Below the pieces are notes generated by a model. That model was not told the DNA's origin. It ran no database searches and saw only the letters and a program-made list of their open reading frames with translations. Positions 35,574 to 46,294 of a stretch of DNA of 64,000 bases are shown here, piece after piece. The stretch is taken from the NCBI GenBank assembly GCA_950097015.1, contig CATNEN010000038.1, forward strand, positions 24,986,001-25,050,000, in the 5' to 3' direction. The DNA is from Macrostomum hystrix. Taxonomy: Eukaryota > Animalia > Platyhelminthes. How positions within the stretch are numbered: position 1 is the stretch's first letter; the number at the start of each line of letters is the position of its first letter. Both the position numbers and the translations under genes were made by a program.

Positions 35574-36109
35574 TGTCTAGTCAAACTGAAAGCTGAATAA
35601 ATGATCCTATTCAATGAAACCTATAAAAGTTAAATATTTCGAAACAAGAAATCTAGCAAGGTTTCTTTTGTACATAAACAAACGACAATTATCACCAAAT
35701 CATAGCAAAGAACTGCCAGTTGAGAGCGCTAATTATAACAAACTTGAAAAAATGATACATTTTGATTGGGCAAGCATTGATGCCTTCAATCAAACCAATG
35801 TGCAATTTTTTTTTAAAAACAAACTAACATCTTATGAAACATTTTTGTACTTTTTTCATTTTAGGAAAAAAATAACCTAGAATAAATATTGTGCATTGGA
35901 AATTAGTTGAAAAAACTATTCCCCAAGCTAAATCTAAGGCAAAAAGTGGCACTCAAGAAAGCAAAAACAATAGGCTGAGGGAATCATTGTATCAGAGAAT
36001 ACGAGCGCACACATCAACACTCACGCGACTTTCGAGACAGCCAAAAAGAATATCTATGTGAAAAAAAATGTTTATATCATAATTTGTAAGTGGAAAATTT
36101 TAAACAAAT

Positions 36110-37699
36110 CTAGCGCAATGGCTCGGCGTCCCCAGCCACGGATCCGCGCAGCTGACGCAGCCGCCTCTGAGCGAAGTCGTCAAGGTTGTTGAACTTCTCG
36201 AATTCCGCGACGGCTTCGTCAAAGGAGCCCACGTCGCCAGCGCGAGCCGCGGACGTCAGCCGAGTCACCAGCGAGAGCTCATCGCTGTCCGCAAACGAGC
36301 TGCTCATGCTAGCCAGCTGCTGAGCCTTCTCACCTGCGAGCTCAGCTGAGCCTGAGCACAGTAGGCACAGACACGACTTGAACAGGTGATCCTTGGCTCC
36401 GAATCCCAACAGACTGTGACTCTGTGATGACACTCCCAGCTGCTCAAACTGCTCAGCTGCATCGGCCAGCCTCCCGCAGTCCGACATCAGCTCCGCAGCC
36501 TTGGTGCGACAGCCGCCAGCGCTGGCCGGACTGTTCTCGCCATCCCAGAAGTCCGCTGCTCTCAGGTACAGCCCGATCGCTGCCGACAGCTCTGCCTGAT
36601 CGCCGCCGCGAACGGATCTCAGCAGGTCTCCGGCCTCCTCCAGGTGTCTGGCCGCGATGCTGAACTGGCCCTGCTCTGCGTAGATCTGGGCTGCTCGCTG
36701 CATGAGCTCGGCAGCCTTCTTTGTGAACTCGACCTCCTTCAGCTTGCGGTAGCAGTTGGCCGCCTCCGAGAAGCTGTTGGCCGCGTCCATCTCGCCTCGA
36801 CTCTGGCGTGAGAACTGCTCAGCCGCTGACTCGAACTCACGACCCGCTTCGAGCCACTGCTGGAGAACTTTGAATCTGTTGCCCTTTTCAACTGACATTC
36901 GAGATGAATTTCTCAGTGTCATTTTTAAAAGAAACGCAACTGGAATGAGGCTTGTGACAATGAGGAGTAACACGATAAAAATAACAAAGAAATTGTTTTT
37001 AGACAGCTTTTGTGCTGATGAACTTATTTTCACGTCTTGCCACATGCACTCGATGATTGTCTTTGTGAAGTCGACATTTCCTCCCTTGAGGCTGCAGTAG
37101 CTGCTTGCCGCTTCCATATCGCCTAGCGTCTGCTTTAAGCACCGCTCAACCGCTGAATCGACCCTTCGACCACTTTTTTGCGCCTCCTTGTGAACCTCAA
37201 CTGGACTGGGAACATTGTTTTCATCATCTCTCAACATGTAGTTGATGTCTTTCCTTAATAATTTGTTTATCAGTTTGCAAAAGCGTCTTGCGGCTTCCAT
37301 ATTGCCTAGCAACTGTTGTAAGCACTGCTCAGCCGCTGACTCGAACTCAGGGCCACCCTCGGGCCACTTCTGGCAGCTCTTCAATTGAGATTCATCGATA
37401 TTCTGATCAGATCGCACAATGTAATTAATGGCTTGCTTTGTAAAATTGTTCGTCAGCTGTCTGAACTCGCGCTTTATTTTCTGGTAGCGATCAGCCTGAT
37501 CCGGTTGACCAGTCATATTGCGTAGCCAGTGTTTTAAGCACTCCTCAATTGGTGACTCGACATCTGGACTAACTTGATGGGCAATGTCTTGATGTTCGCG
37601 ACTCGACTGGCGGACAGGGAGTTTATAGAAAACAATTGCGGCGATCAGGAGCATAATAAAAGAAATCACTAAGGTTTTCTGTGGATTCATCTCGTTCAT
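36110..37699 (-). CDS. alpha-SNAP-like copy 8 (529 aa): two hydrophobic helices flanking degenerate SNAP-derived repeats
   Basis: LVISFIMLLIAAIVFY and FFVIFIVLLLIVTSLIPVAFLL; between them EFESAAEQCLQQLLGNMEAA and VDSAVERCLKQTLGDMEAA; then the intact core. Confidence 0.9.
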   Translation of the reverse strand: MNEMNPQKTLVISFIMLLIAAIVFYKLPVRQSSREHQDIAHQVSPDVESPIEECLKHWLRNMTGQPDQADRYQKIKREFRQLTNNFTKQAINYIVRSDQNIDESQLKSCQKWPEGGPEFESAAEQCLQQLLGNMEAARRFCKLINKLLRKDINYMLRDDENNVPSPVEVHKEAQKSGRRVDSAVERCLKQTLGDMEAASSYCSLKGGNVDFTKTIIECMWQDVKISSSAQKLSKNNFFVIFIVLLLIVTSLIPVAFLLKMTLRNSSRMSVEKGNRFKVLQQWLEAGREFESAAEQFSRQSRGEMDAANSFSEAANCYRKLKEVEFTKKAAELMQRAAQIYAEQGQFSIAARHLEEAGDLLRSVRGGDQAELSAAIGLYLRAADFWDGENSPASAGGCRTKAAELMSDCGRLADAAEQFEQLGVSSQSHSLLGFGAKDHLFKSCLCLLCSGSAELAGEKAQQLASMSSSFADSDELSLVTRLTSAARAGDVGSFDEAVAEFEKFNNLDDFAQRRLRQLRGSVAGDAEPLR

Positions 37700-38140
37700 T
37701 GTTCTTTCACTGAAATTGAAATGGGATAGTTAAGCTTAGTGCGATAGATTTACAAATTTTGTTCAAGTTTAAATTTTTTTCGACTTTAAAAGTTTCCATT
37801 AAAAATTCTGGCGTTACGTTATGAATAGTTGTTCGCAGCAACAGAGTCAGTGTCTGAGTAATTTATTTGTTCATCACATATGAAAGTTTCTAGGTTAGTC
37901 AACAGAAAAAAACATTCGGTTCCTATCGATTCTAACAGTTCCTAACAGTTTGAAAATCGAAGAATTGAAATTTAAGATATCATGTGCAAAGCTGCAACGC
38001 TAGCTCAATAAAAATAGTCTGGAATGTAAAAAAACTATTACGGAAAACTTTTGCTTTTTTACGGAAGTTTTTTGCTTCATCGCTGGCACAAAATAAGTGC
38101 ACCTTCCAATACACTAATACCTCAAAAGATTAAAACAAAT

Positions 38141-39292
38141 CTAGCGCAACGGCTCGGCGTCCCCAGCCACAGATGTGCGCAGCTGATGCAGCCGCCTCTG
38201 AGCGAAGTCGTCAAGGTTGTTGAACTTCTCGAATTCCGAGACGGCTGCGTCAAAGGAGCCCACGTTGCAAGCGCGAGCCGCGGACGTCAGCCGAGTCACC
38301 AGCGAGAGCTCATCGCTGTCCGCAAACGAGCTGCTCATGCTAGCCAGCTGCTGAGCCTTCTCACCTGCGAGCTCAGCTGAGCATGAGCACAGTAGGCACA
38401 GACACGACTTGAACAGGTGATCCTTGGCTCCGATTCCCAACAGACTGTGACTCTGCGATGACACTCCCAGCTGCTCAAACTGCTCAGCTGCATCGGCCAG
38501 CCTCCCGCAGTCCGCCATCAGCTCCGCAGCCTTGGTGCGACAGCCGCCAGCGCTGGCCGGACTGTTCTCGCCGTCCCAGAAGTCCGCCGCTCTCAGGTAC
38601 AGCCCGATCGCTGCCGACAGCTCTGCCAGATCGCCGCCGCGAACGGATCTCAGCAGGTCTCCGGCCTCCTCCAGGTGTCTGGCCGCGATGCTGAACTGGC
38701 CCTGCTCTGCGTAGATCTGGGCTGCTCGCTGCATGAGCTCGGCGGCCTTCTTTGTGAACTTGACCTCTTTCAGCTTGCGGTAGCAGTTGGCCGCCTCCGA
38801 GAAGCTGTTGGCCGCGTCCATCTCGCCTCGACTCTGGCGTGAGAACTGCTCCGCCGCTGACTCGAACTCCCGACCAGCTTCGAGCCACTGCTTGCTCGCT
38901 TTGAGTCTGTTGCCTTTTACAACCGAGATTCTTGGCGTCGCATCTCCAACTATAGGGCAGCAGTCAGTACACTGCCTTGTGTGTGCACTATTAAGGCGGC
39001 CAATCAGTCTTTGAATAATGTCGCGTGTCAAAGCGAGGAGTTTTTTCATGACAACGGTATCAAAGACTGAATCTCCGACTACAAAAACTGCCAGCAAGAC
39101 CAAGGCGACTAATTGAATGCTATATTTCGAGTTTGAATACACGTTTAGAACCATCGCCAACGCAATGATGATCAAGGCGATCGAAAGAAACGTCATCAGT
39201 CTTTTAAATTTGAATTTCTTTTCTTGCAGCTGCAGAGCGGGACTCAGTTGTCTACCGTGTTCAATGGTCAGTGTGGTATATTCGGCTGGCAT
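38141..39292 (-). CDS. alpha-SNAP-like copy 9 with two adjacent predicted TM helices
   Basis: LMTFLSIALIIIALAMVLNVY and IQLVALVLLAVFVVG; SNAP core; tail GDAEPLR. Confidence 0.9.
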   Translation of the reverse strand: MPAEYTTLTIEHGRQLSPALQLQEKKFKFKRLMTFLSIALIIIALAMVLNVYSNSKYSIQLVALVLLAVFVVGDSVFDTVVMKKLLALTRDIIQRLIGRLNSAHTRQCTDCCPIVGDATPRISVVKGNRLKASKQWLEAGREFESAAEQFSRQSRGEMDAANSFSEAANCYRKLKEVKFTKKAAELMQRAAQIYAEQGQFSIAARHLEEAGDLLRSVRGGDLAELSAAIGLYLRAADFWDGENSPASAGGCRTKAAELMADCGRLADAAEQFEQLGVSSQSHSLLGIGAKDHLFKSCLCLLCSCSAELAGEKAQQLASMSSSFADSDELSLVTRLTSAARACNVGSFDAAVSEFEKFNNLDDFAQRRLHQLRTSVAGDAEPLR

Positions 39293-39513
39293 GATTACTG
39301 CAGGCTGGTGGGCTCTGAAAGTGAGGTTATCAAGCTATCGTCAGAAATGCATTGTCAACGCACGTATCAACGGGTGGAGAATAAATATCTAGGGGCCCTG
39401 TTACTTATTTATTTTCATTTATTTTTTTGACGTTTAAATTATTTGATTTTTAAGTAATTTAAGAAATGGGAGCTATCTTTTAAATTGACAGTCATGAAAG
39501 AAATTAACTTTTT

Positions 39514-39840
39514 GGGGGTCGGTGGCTGAGCGGTTAACGCGTTTTCCTCTCGCACCACGGTCCCTAAGTTCGATTCCACAGCGAGACCACATTCATTTGG
39601 GGCGCAGCCGCTGAGAGAAGGCTTGAGGGCTTGTCGTGCAATTTACGCCCTTGAGGGCCAACACTGCCTGATAATGAGAAAGTCAGGGCAGATATACACA
39701 GCTGTGTGAGCGTATGCATGCGTACAGTATCTGTGTGTGGTCAGGAGTCAGCGAAATGGGCAGAATTGCCTTCTCGCTGGCTGCGGGTCTAGTGTCACAA
39801 ACTGATGTACTATTCATTGCCCGCAGGCCTCCTGCAAATT
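39514..39840 (+). mobile_element. SINE family A (internal deletion)
   Basis: GGTCGGTGGCTGAGCGGTTAACGCG head, B box, family-A body. Confidence 0.87.
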
Positions 39841-40344
39841 AATGTTAGTAATATAATAAAATTATTGAAAAAAAAATTACTGTGCAAAACTGGGATCAAA
39901 ATTAGAAGCCGAGCATAAGGCTCACGTACAGTTTTATTAAGTATTTTTATGCTTCAGCGATCAGGTAACTGACAACTATGTTGTGTTGAAAATAAAAAAA
40001 TTAAAAAAGAAGAGTTAATTTAGACAGAAAGTTTTTTAATTTGTTTTAAAACTAGGTTAAAATCTTAACCACTTAAGATCTGGCTAAAAAACGAAAAACG
40101 GAAAGTTACGTATCCTTTTGCGAAAGATGTGCGAAAGATTTTGGCTTCAACCTGGCAGTTTGCATACCTAACGCGCACTATTAATATCGTCGTGAGACAG
40201 ATGTGTCAGGATACGCTCGTACGCGTGACCGCGTGTCAATATTATACGGGTGATTACATGTTAAATTCACATGAAACTAATTTTCGGAATGTTTAATCGC
40301 ATCAAGCTTCTGAATTGTTCATTACGCAATAGATTTACAGATGT

Positions 40345-41445
40345 CTAAGTCAAAGATCTGCCACGTGACTTCACAATGCCATCCCGTGCCTCGTTCAGTC
40401 GGCGTTGAACAAATTCGTCGAGACTGTTGAACCTCGTGAACTCCTTCAGGGCGGCGTCAAACGTGTCAACACAGCCCGTTTCGCTAGCTTTGGCGATCTC
40501 TTTGACTAGCTGAAATTCGTCGCTGTTTTGAAAGTGACCGCACAGTCTGGCCAACTCGTCTGCCTTCATGGCGCAGGCCTTATGATCCAAAGATAGGCAT
40601 AGACAGCACTTAAACATGTGATCCTTGGAGCCGTATTCGAGCAGGCTGTGTGTCTTGGACAGCTTGCTGACGTTTTGAAACTCATCAGCTGCTTTTTTCA
40701 GCATACCGTAGTCAGCTAGTACAATCGCGGCCTTCGTCAGGCAGGCGGCTGCGCTGCTCGGACTGTCCTCGTTCATAAAGTATTCGGCAGCTTTCTTGTA
40801 GTATTTGACAGCGTCATTGCCAATTTCAGCACTACTTTGGTCTACGACTACAAAGCCTTCGGCCTCCATCGTTTGAACATCTATGGGTGAAGGTGAGGTC
40901 GCACTATTTTCTTGTCCAAATTCCACTTCCAATTCAAGCTGTTCGGACAGTTCACCGGCTGACTCCAGCAGTCTGGCAGCAATGTTAAACTGGCCTAGCT
41001 GGCAGTACAACTGAGCGGCGTGCTCTAAACAAGGTATGGCATTTTTCTTTTTCACTTTACGAAAGCAATTTGCAGCAGTGCTGAAGCAATCTGCCTGCTC
41101 ATACTGACAGCCGTCTCTCTCTGCGTAACGTTTCGCTGCTTCAACAAAAGCATCACCAGCTCGATTCCAATTGTTCGCTAGTTTGAACAAATTGCCGGCC
41201 ATGACGAATTTCTTATCGGAATCCTGCGAACCAGAAAAGCTGGCAAACCTATGTGGATGAGATTGTGCCTGGTTGAATAGATCCTCTGCTTTCTCATTAT
41301 AAGAGCATAAATTAGCATCCGTAGAATGATATTCAGTACTGATATTCGGTCCTGACTGACTACCTGGTTCGGAATCGTCTGTTTTAGGTGAGTTGTCCAT
41401 CTCAGACTGATCTAGAATTCGATTTAAAGAAAATTCTTGACTCAT
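40345..41445 (-). CDS. Divergent soluble alpha-SNAP-like protein (copy 10), likely older or parental paralog
   Basis: AGNLFKLANNWNRAGDAFVEAA, AANCFRKV, GQFNIAAR, LLEYGSKDHMFKCCLC; no TM; ~40-aa acidic insertion; start Met uncertain. Confidence 0.88.
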   Translation of the reverse strand: MSQEFSLNRILDQSEMDNSPKTDDSEPGSQSGPNISTEYHSTDANLCSYNEKAEDLFNQAQSHPHRFASFSGSQDSDKKFVMAGNLFKLANNWNRAGDAFVEAAKRYAERDGCQYEQADCFSTAANCFRKVKKKNAIPCLEHAAQLYCQLGQFNIAARLLESAGELSEQLELEVEFGQENSATSPSPIDVQTMEAEGFVVVDQSSAEIGNDAVKYYKKAAEYFMNEDSPSSAAACLTKAAIVLADYGMLKKAADEFQNVSKLSKTHSLLEYGSKDHMFKCCLCLSLDHKACAMKADELARLCGHFQNSDEFQLVKEIAKASETGCVDTFDAALKEFTRFNSLDEFVQRRLNEARDGIVKSRGRSLT

Positions 41446-41663
41446 TTTTTTCTTAATCAGCAACTGGAAAGCAAGTTCAAAATAATATTCATATCCATTT
41501 GGTTAGATACGAAGTAAATTTTCAGGCACTAGATTCCAAATATTTTTGTTTCTAAAGTTTTGTGAACTAGAAAAAAATCATCAAATTTATCAGCGTTATT
41601 AAAACTTTGCTTGTATTTTAACTTAAAATTTAGAATATGGTTCCGTTTGCGAATTTGAGTACA

Positions 41664-41731
41664 GCGTGTCACTCTGAGCTGTGTGCCTGCGTGTCACTCT
41701 GCGCTGTGTGCTTGTTTGTCACTCTGAGCTT
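41664..41731. repeat. 25-bp tandem repeat (~2.7 units) upstream of SNAP copy 10
   Basis: GCGTGTCACTCTGAGCTGTGTGCCT repeated. Confidence 0.7.
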
Positions 41732-43570
41732 CGAAAGATATAGAAAATAGAGCATTGGTAGAAAAGTATTCATAGAAAGTAGAGTCTGCTGGTTGCTATA
41801 TTAGTGAATCTCTTGAACCATAAGTGTTTAAGTCATGATGCTAGCACTGAAACCTATTTCTGTGTACAGTGATTAAAAATATGCAAAAGTGGGTAACTTA
41901 GATAACTAGAAGTGTAGTTTTTCAAATGGCAATTAATTGCAAATATATGTAATGTACATAATTATTTTTAAACCACAACATATATTGCTCTCCAATGTAC
42001 GGTCATGGAAAACAAAAAATTTAGAAAGTCTTTTGAACATTAGGATGTCACTATAAGCTTTTCTTCAATTATGTTTGAAATGCTATGGCTAAAAGATGCG
42101 TGCAATATATATTACATTATAAACAAAATTACAGAGCTATACATAGTCTAGCAAGAAAGAAAAATATCTATATACAGTCTTATAAGTCGATTATTATTAC
42201 ATGATTATTTTTAAGGCTATAACTTTAAGTTTTGGATCAAAAATTTGTACTCTTGGTGAAGCAGTTAGTTTACTTTGTGGGGAAAAACAGTACACCTATA
42301 AAAACTATCAATGAAGAGTAAAGAAAAAAATCAATGAGTATAGTCTATAGTGACAAGTTACTGATTTATATGCATGCTAAAGCAATGTAGTTTTATAAAA
42401 TGTAAAAATTCATACAATAATATATAGTCGAGGTACTTTTCACAGCTTTTCTTTTGGCAACTGAGTTCGGGTTGATTTATAGTTTAGGTTTAAGGCTGTT
42501 TACACATACTTAATATATTTATATTGACTTTATTTACATAAAATCAACATATTGATATAAATACATAATAAAGGGCCTTACGCCCAAAATATAAATAAAC
42601 CGGTATTCAGAATAATATAGACTAGACTATAATAATCAATATATTAAATCATTCTAAACAGAAAATGTTACAATTTGTGAGCACAACCAGCTAGATAAAA
42701 ACACGATGAGCTATTATATTTCGTAAAAAGCAGCACATAACTCCTTGAATGGATTCAAATAAAAATAACAGGTTGCGCAAAAGAGGCAAAATCAAATGTT
42801 GAATTTTAACGAAGCGACGAGCGACAAACCACGATTTTATTTTTAAAACGGGGTAATTTTTATTTCCAAGTTGCTCACTTTTCGCAATAAATTTTTTTCT
42901 ATTAAAACTTCAGAAACAATTTTTTATCTAAAACACAGTGTATTTAAAATATTGGTTATTTTTAATAACCACATTTTAAATATAAATTGCATGTTTTCTT
43001 ATACGCTTTGCATAACACCGGACGTTTTAATGAAAAAAGTTCAATATTCAATACTTAGAAATCTTCTGGAAAATTGATGTAATTATAGATTAAATTAATT
43101 TTATATAGAATCGCCAAAAAACCTTTAATGCATAAAATATGTCTACGCTTTAATTTTCTGGAAAGTTTTATCGAATTGAAATTATTTTTAATTAAAAGAT
43201 TTAAGACTTTGTTATTTTAGAGTGCCGTGCAGCCTGTGCTTCACCTGTGTATTTTGCAGAGAGCATGTCAACCACAGCCTAGGATAATAGCGAATTTTGG
43301 AATGTCCGTATACAATGAATTCCGCGAATAATTGCAGTACTTTGATGAGCGTTATTTTTGTGATAATGATCAAGCCACATGCATAAATTTCATTTAAGCA
43401 GCCACCATAGCAGCGACCGTCAGCCAGCAACATTCCACGTACGCTGAAAACTCGAACAAGATGCAAAACACCGATGCTACTGTGAGCCTTATGTAACTAA
43501 TAGTGAGTGGGCTTAGTTTTATGCATTGCACATGAGACTACATGGAAGCCGCGATCTCTAAACCGCATGA

Positions 43571-44931
43571 ACGAGGAGCATTTAAAAAGTTCTTTTTCGG
43601 TGTGCCCTAAAAATTAACAAGCAGCAGATATTAACTAGAAAAACATGGTTAAATTGCTCATTGTCATTCACTTATTCAACACATTCCCCACCATTGTCCT
43701 CGCACTTCTGCCAACGATGCACTGTAGGCCTCTGATTCCGGCACCCACGCCTCTTGCGTCCGCATCGCGTAACGCTCCATTGCAAGCAGCTTCGATGGCT
43801 CAATGCTGTCGAATCGATTGCCCTGAAGGTGCTTCTTCACAGTTGGAAATAGGAAGAAGTTCACGGTGACAAGTCCGCGAATAGGTTGGATGCTATAGCA
43901 CGTCCCAGCCCCATCTGTTCAGAAGATCCATGATATTGTGCTTGCGAGGTGCTGGTGCATTTTCGTGCAACAGGATCACACCAGACTCCAGCAGGCCAGG
44001 ACGCTCTTCAAAGCGCAGGACACAACTTCTACTGCAGGATCCACTTAGAGTAGTGCCCATTCACGGTGGTTCCCTTGGAGCATAACAAAACTAAATTTGC
44101 ATGACCTTCAGCGCGCCCTGCTTCCTGATTGCCTTCTGCGGCCTCGAAGAATCAGCCGGAAGCCATTCAGCAGACTGGGCCTTTGTTTCACGATCCCAGC
44201 TGTAAATCTACGCGCGTTTTATCTCCGACAAAAATTCTCTAAAGAAAGTAGATACCTTCGCTTTGAAAGGGACGCAGTTATTTCTTGACTGCTGCAGAGC
44301 TCGCTGAATATTCTGCTCCCGTCAGAATTTGTGGCAGCCATACTTGCAAAACTTCTTCTGCAGGTTCTCGAAAAATGACGTACGAAGTGTCATGTTCGAA
44401 GCTTCAATTTCTGCAAGCGAAAAAGCCTCGGGAGATATGTTCCGAGAGCTTCAGCTAATTTTTTGCAGCAACGCACCAACTGAGCAGACGGTTCGCAAGT
44501 GGTACCTGTTGTTTACGGAAGGGAGGGAGAGAATGCATCGAAGATAATGATCGTTCAGGAAGGCCAACGACTGCCACCAACGAGACAGTAATGAAGAAAG
44601 TCCAGGAGCTCCTGGATAATGATCGGCGACGGACATGCGAAAAGCTGGCAGAATAGGCTGGAGTGTCAGTTGGAAGTAATATATATACCATTCTGACTGA
44701 GCGTCTCAACCTGCAGAAGAAGTTTTGCAAGTATGGATGCCACAAATTCTGACGGGAGCAGAATATTCAGCGAGCTCTGCAGCAGTTAAGAAATAACTGC
44801 GTCCCTTTCAAAGCGAATGTATCTACTTTCTTCAGAGAATTTTTGTCGGAGATAAAACGCGCGTGGATTTACAGCTGGGATCGTGAAACAAAGGCCCTGT
44901 CTGCTGAATGGCTTCCGGCTGATTCTTCGAG
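43571..44931. mobile_element. Rearranged, degenerate Tc1/mariner element
   Basis: TIR-like ACGAGGAGCATTTAAAAAGTT at 43571. The minus strand gives mariner C-terminal remnants (HENAPA, WDVL*HPTYS, FFLFPTVKKHLQGNRFDS); plus strand 44378-44931 gives N-terminal remnants (TVRKWYLLFTEGR, DRSGRP, WMPQIL). Confidence 0.8.
44143..44931. repeat. Long inverted repeat, arms 44143-44366 and 44708-44931 (224 bp each)
   Basis: Arms are reverse complements with only a handful of mismatches. Confidence 0.95.
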
Positions 44932-44949
44932 CCTTCTTGCTGTCCCTAT

Positions 44950-45746
44950 CTGGACACTCTCAACCTTGAGTCGGGCCCCTCTATCTTTGCTGCATCCTTA
45001 AAAATCCCCTATGCAGAAGTCCTCTCTCTTGCTGAACCGTCTACTCCCTGAGAATACTTCGCATAGGAGTCCCTATAGTTTCGGCCATGGACGTTGCATC
45101 TTGCATGGGGATGAGACAAAAATACATCCTCTTTTAGAGCGGCAGCCTCCGTTTCGTCAGGGTCAGTCGGTTGTGCTGTCCCGCAGGTGGCTGGTGGCAG
45201 CCCTGCCTGCAGATTCTACCTTTTCACAACCCTGGCCTTTTCCCCTTGGTCCCTGCCCAAAGCGATACCAACAGAGGTGGTTTAGTTACGAAGGGACGAG
45301 GTCCGCTTCTGCCATGCATTGCTATCCCCTGGGAGCCGGTACCGCCTTCAGGAGCGTTAGGCTTAAGAAAGGCGACATCAAAAGCTGTGTGCTGCGGCCC
45401 ATCACGAGCTGTGTGTCACGCTGAAGATGCTGGATGATAGGGCGCTAGTGAAGTGCGGTGACGTCCTGTTGTTATCGAGCTCCTTGACTAGCGTTATGAA
45501 GATTCTATGATGAGTGCAGAAAAAAGGCCAGACGCCTACAACTACTTGGGAATCCGTAGCATCCGACATGGGCCTGGTGACCGCCTATCTAATATGGCAC
45601 CACAGAGAGTACCGACTACCTCAGACAGACTGCCGAAGCGGAGCCAGCAGCCTGAGTGCTTCGATTTCAACCCGCGGGAAGCCGGCTGCAAAAGAAGAAG
45701 CTGCAGATTCGCTCACCAATGCTGTATGAGCAAGCCATCGCACTGA
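44950..45746. mobile_element. Possible DIRS-like retroelement relic
   Basis: CFDFN...CKRRSCRFAHQC resembles a DIRS gag CCCH finger; the minus-strand remnant DATSMAETIGTPMRSIL resembles a tyrosine-recombinase C-terminus. Confidence 0.3.
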
Positions 45747-46294
45747 CTGGGTGATCGTTCTGACTTTAACTCTAATTTGACAACCTTGCTCAATTTTTGC
45801 CAGCTTCGTCTCGATTTCGTCGCTTTGGCTTTGGAGATCTCACTGTTGCTTCGCGTTCGCCAAATTCGTGCCTTCTTGCTTACTGTATGGTGCTTTCAGG
45901 CCACTGAGGCTGCAGTTGTCAACGGCGAACAGCACAATGAACGACTGAGGTCTACAAATATAGAGAAATTAACCGTCGTGTGCCTTGAGTCATTCCACCC
46001 GTGCTACCTGCTGCTCACCACGATCGCCCTGCAACACCGATCGCGAGGAAGCTGAAGAATATCTACACTTACTGTCGCCGTAACGTCGAAGCTCTTGACA
46101 ACGACGATGCTCTAAGGCCGTTAAGTTCAAAACGCTCGGAAGGTCCAGCAGGTTGCCATATCTTCCCTATGGCATATCTTCCCTGCCATATTTCGGCTGC
46201 GGCTATTAGCGCGGGTATACTGCATCTGATTATACGCTTTGACTATCTGTGCCTTGTTCTTCTATAATCTGCATTTTATTTTTTTATATTATTA

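Noticed and set aside
13411-39014. Recurrent plus-strand ORFs (MTLPAAQT..., MQPPLSEV...)
   Set aside because: Antisense shadows of the GC-rich SNAP core
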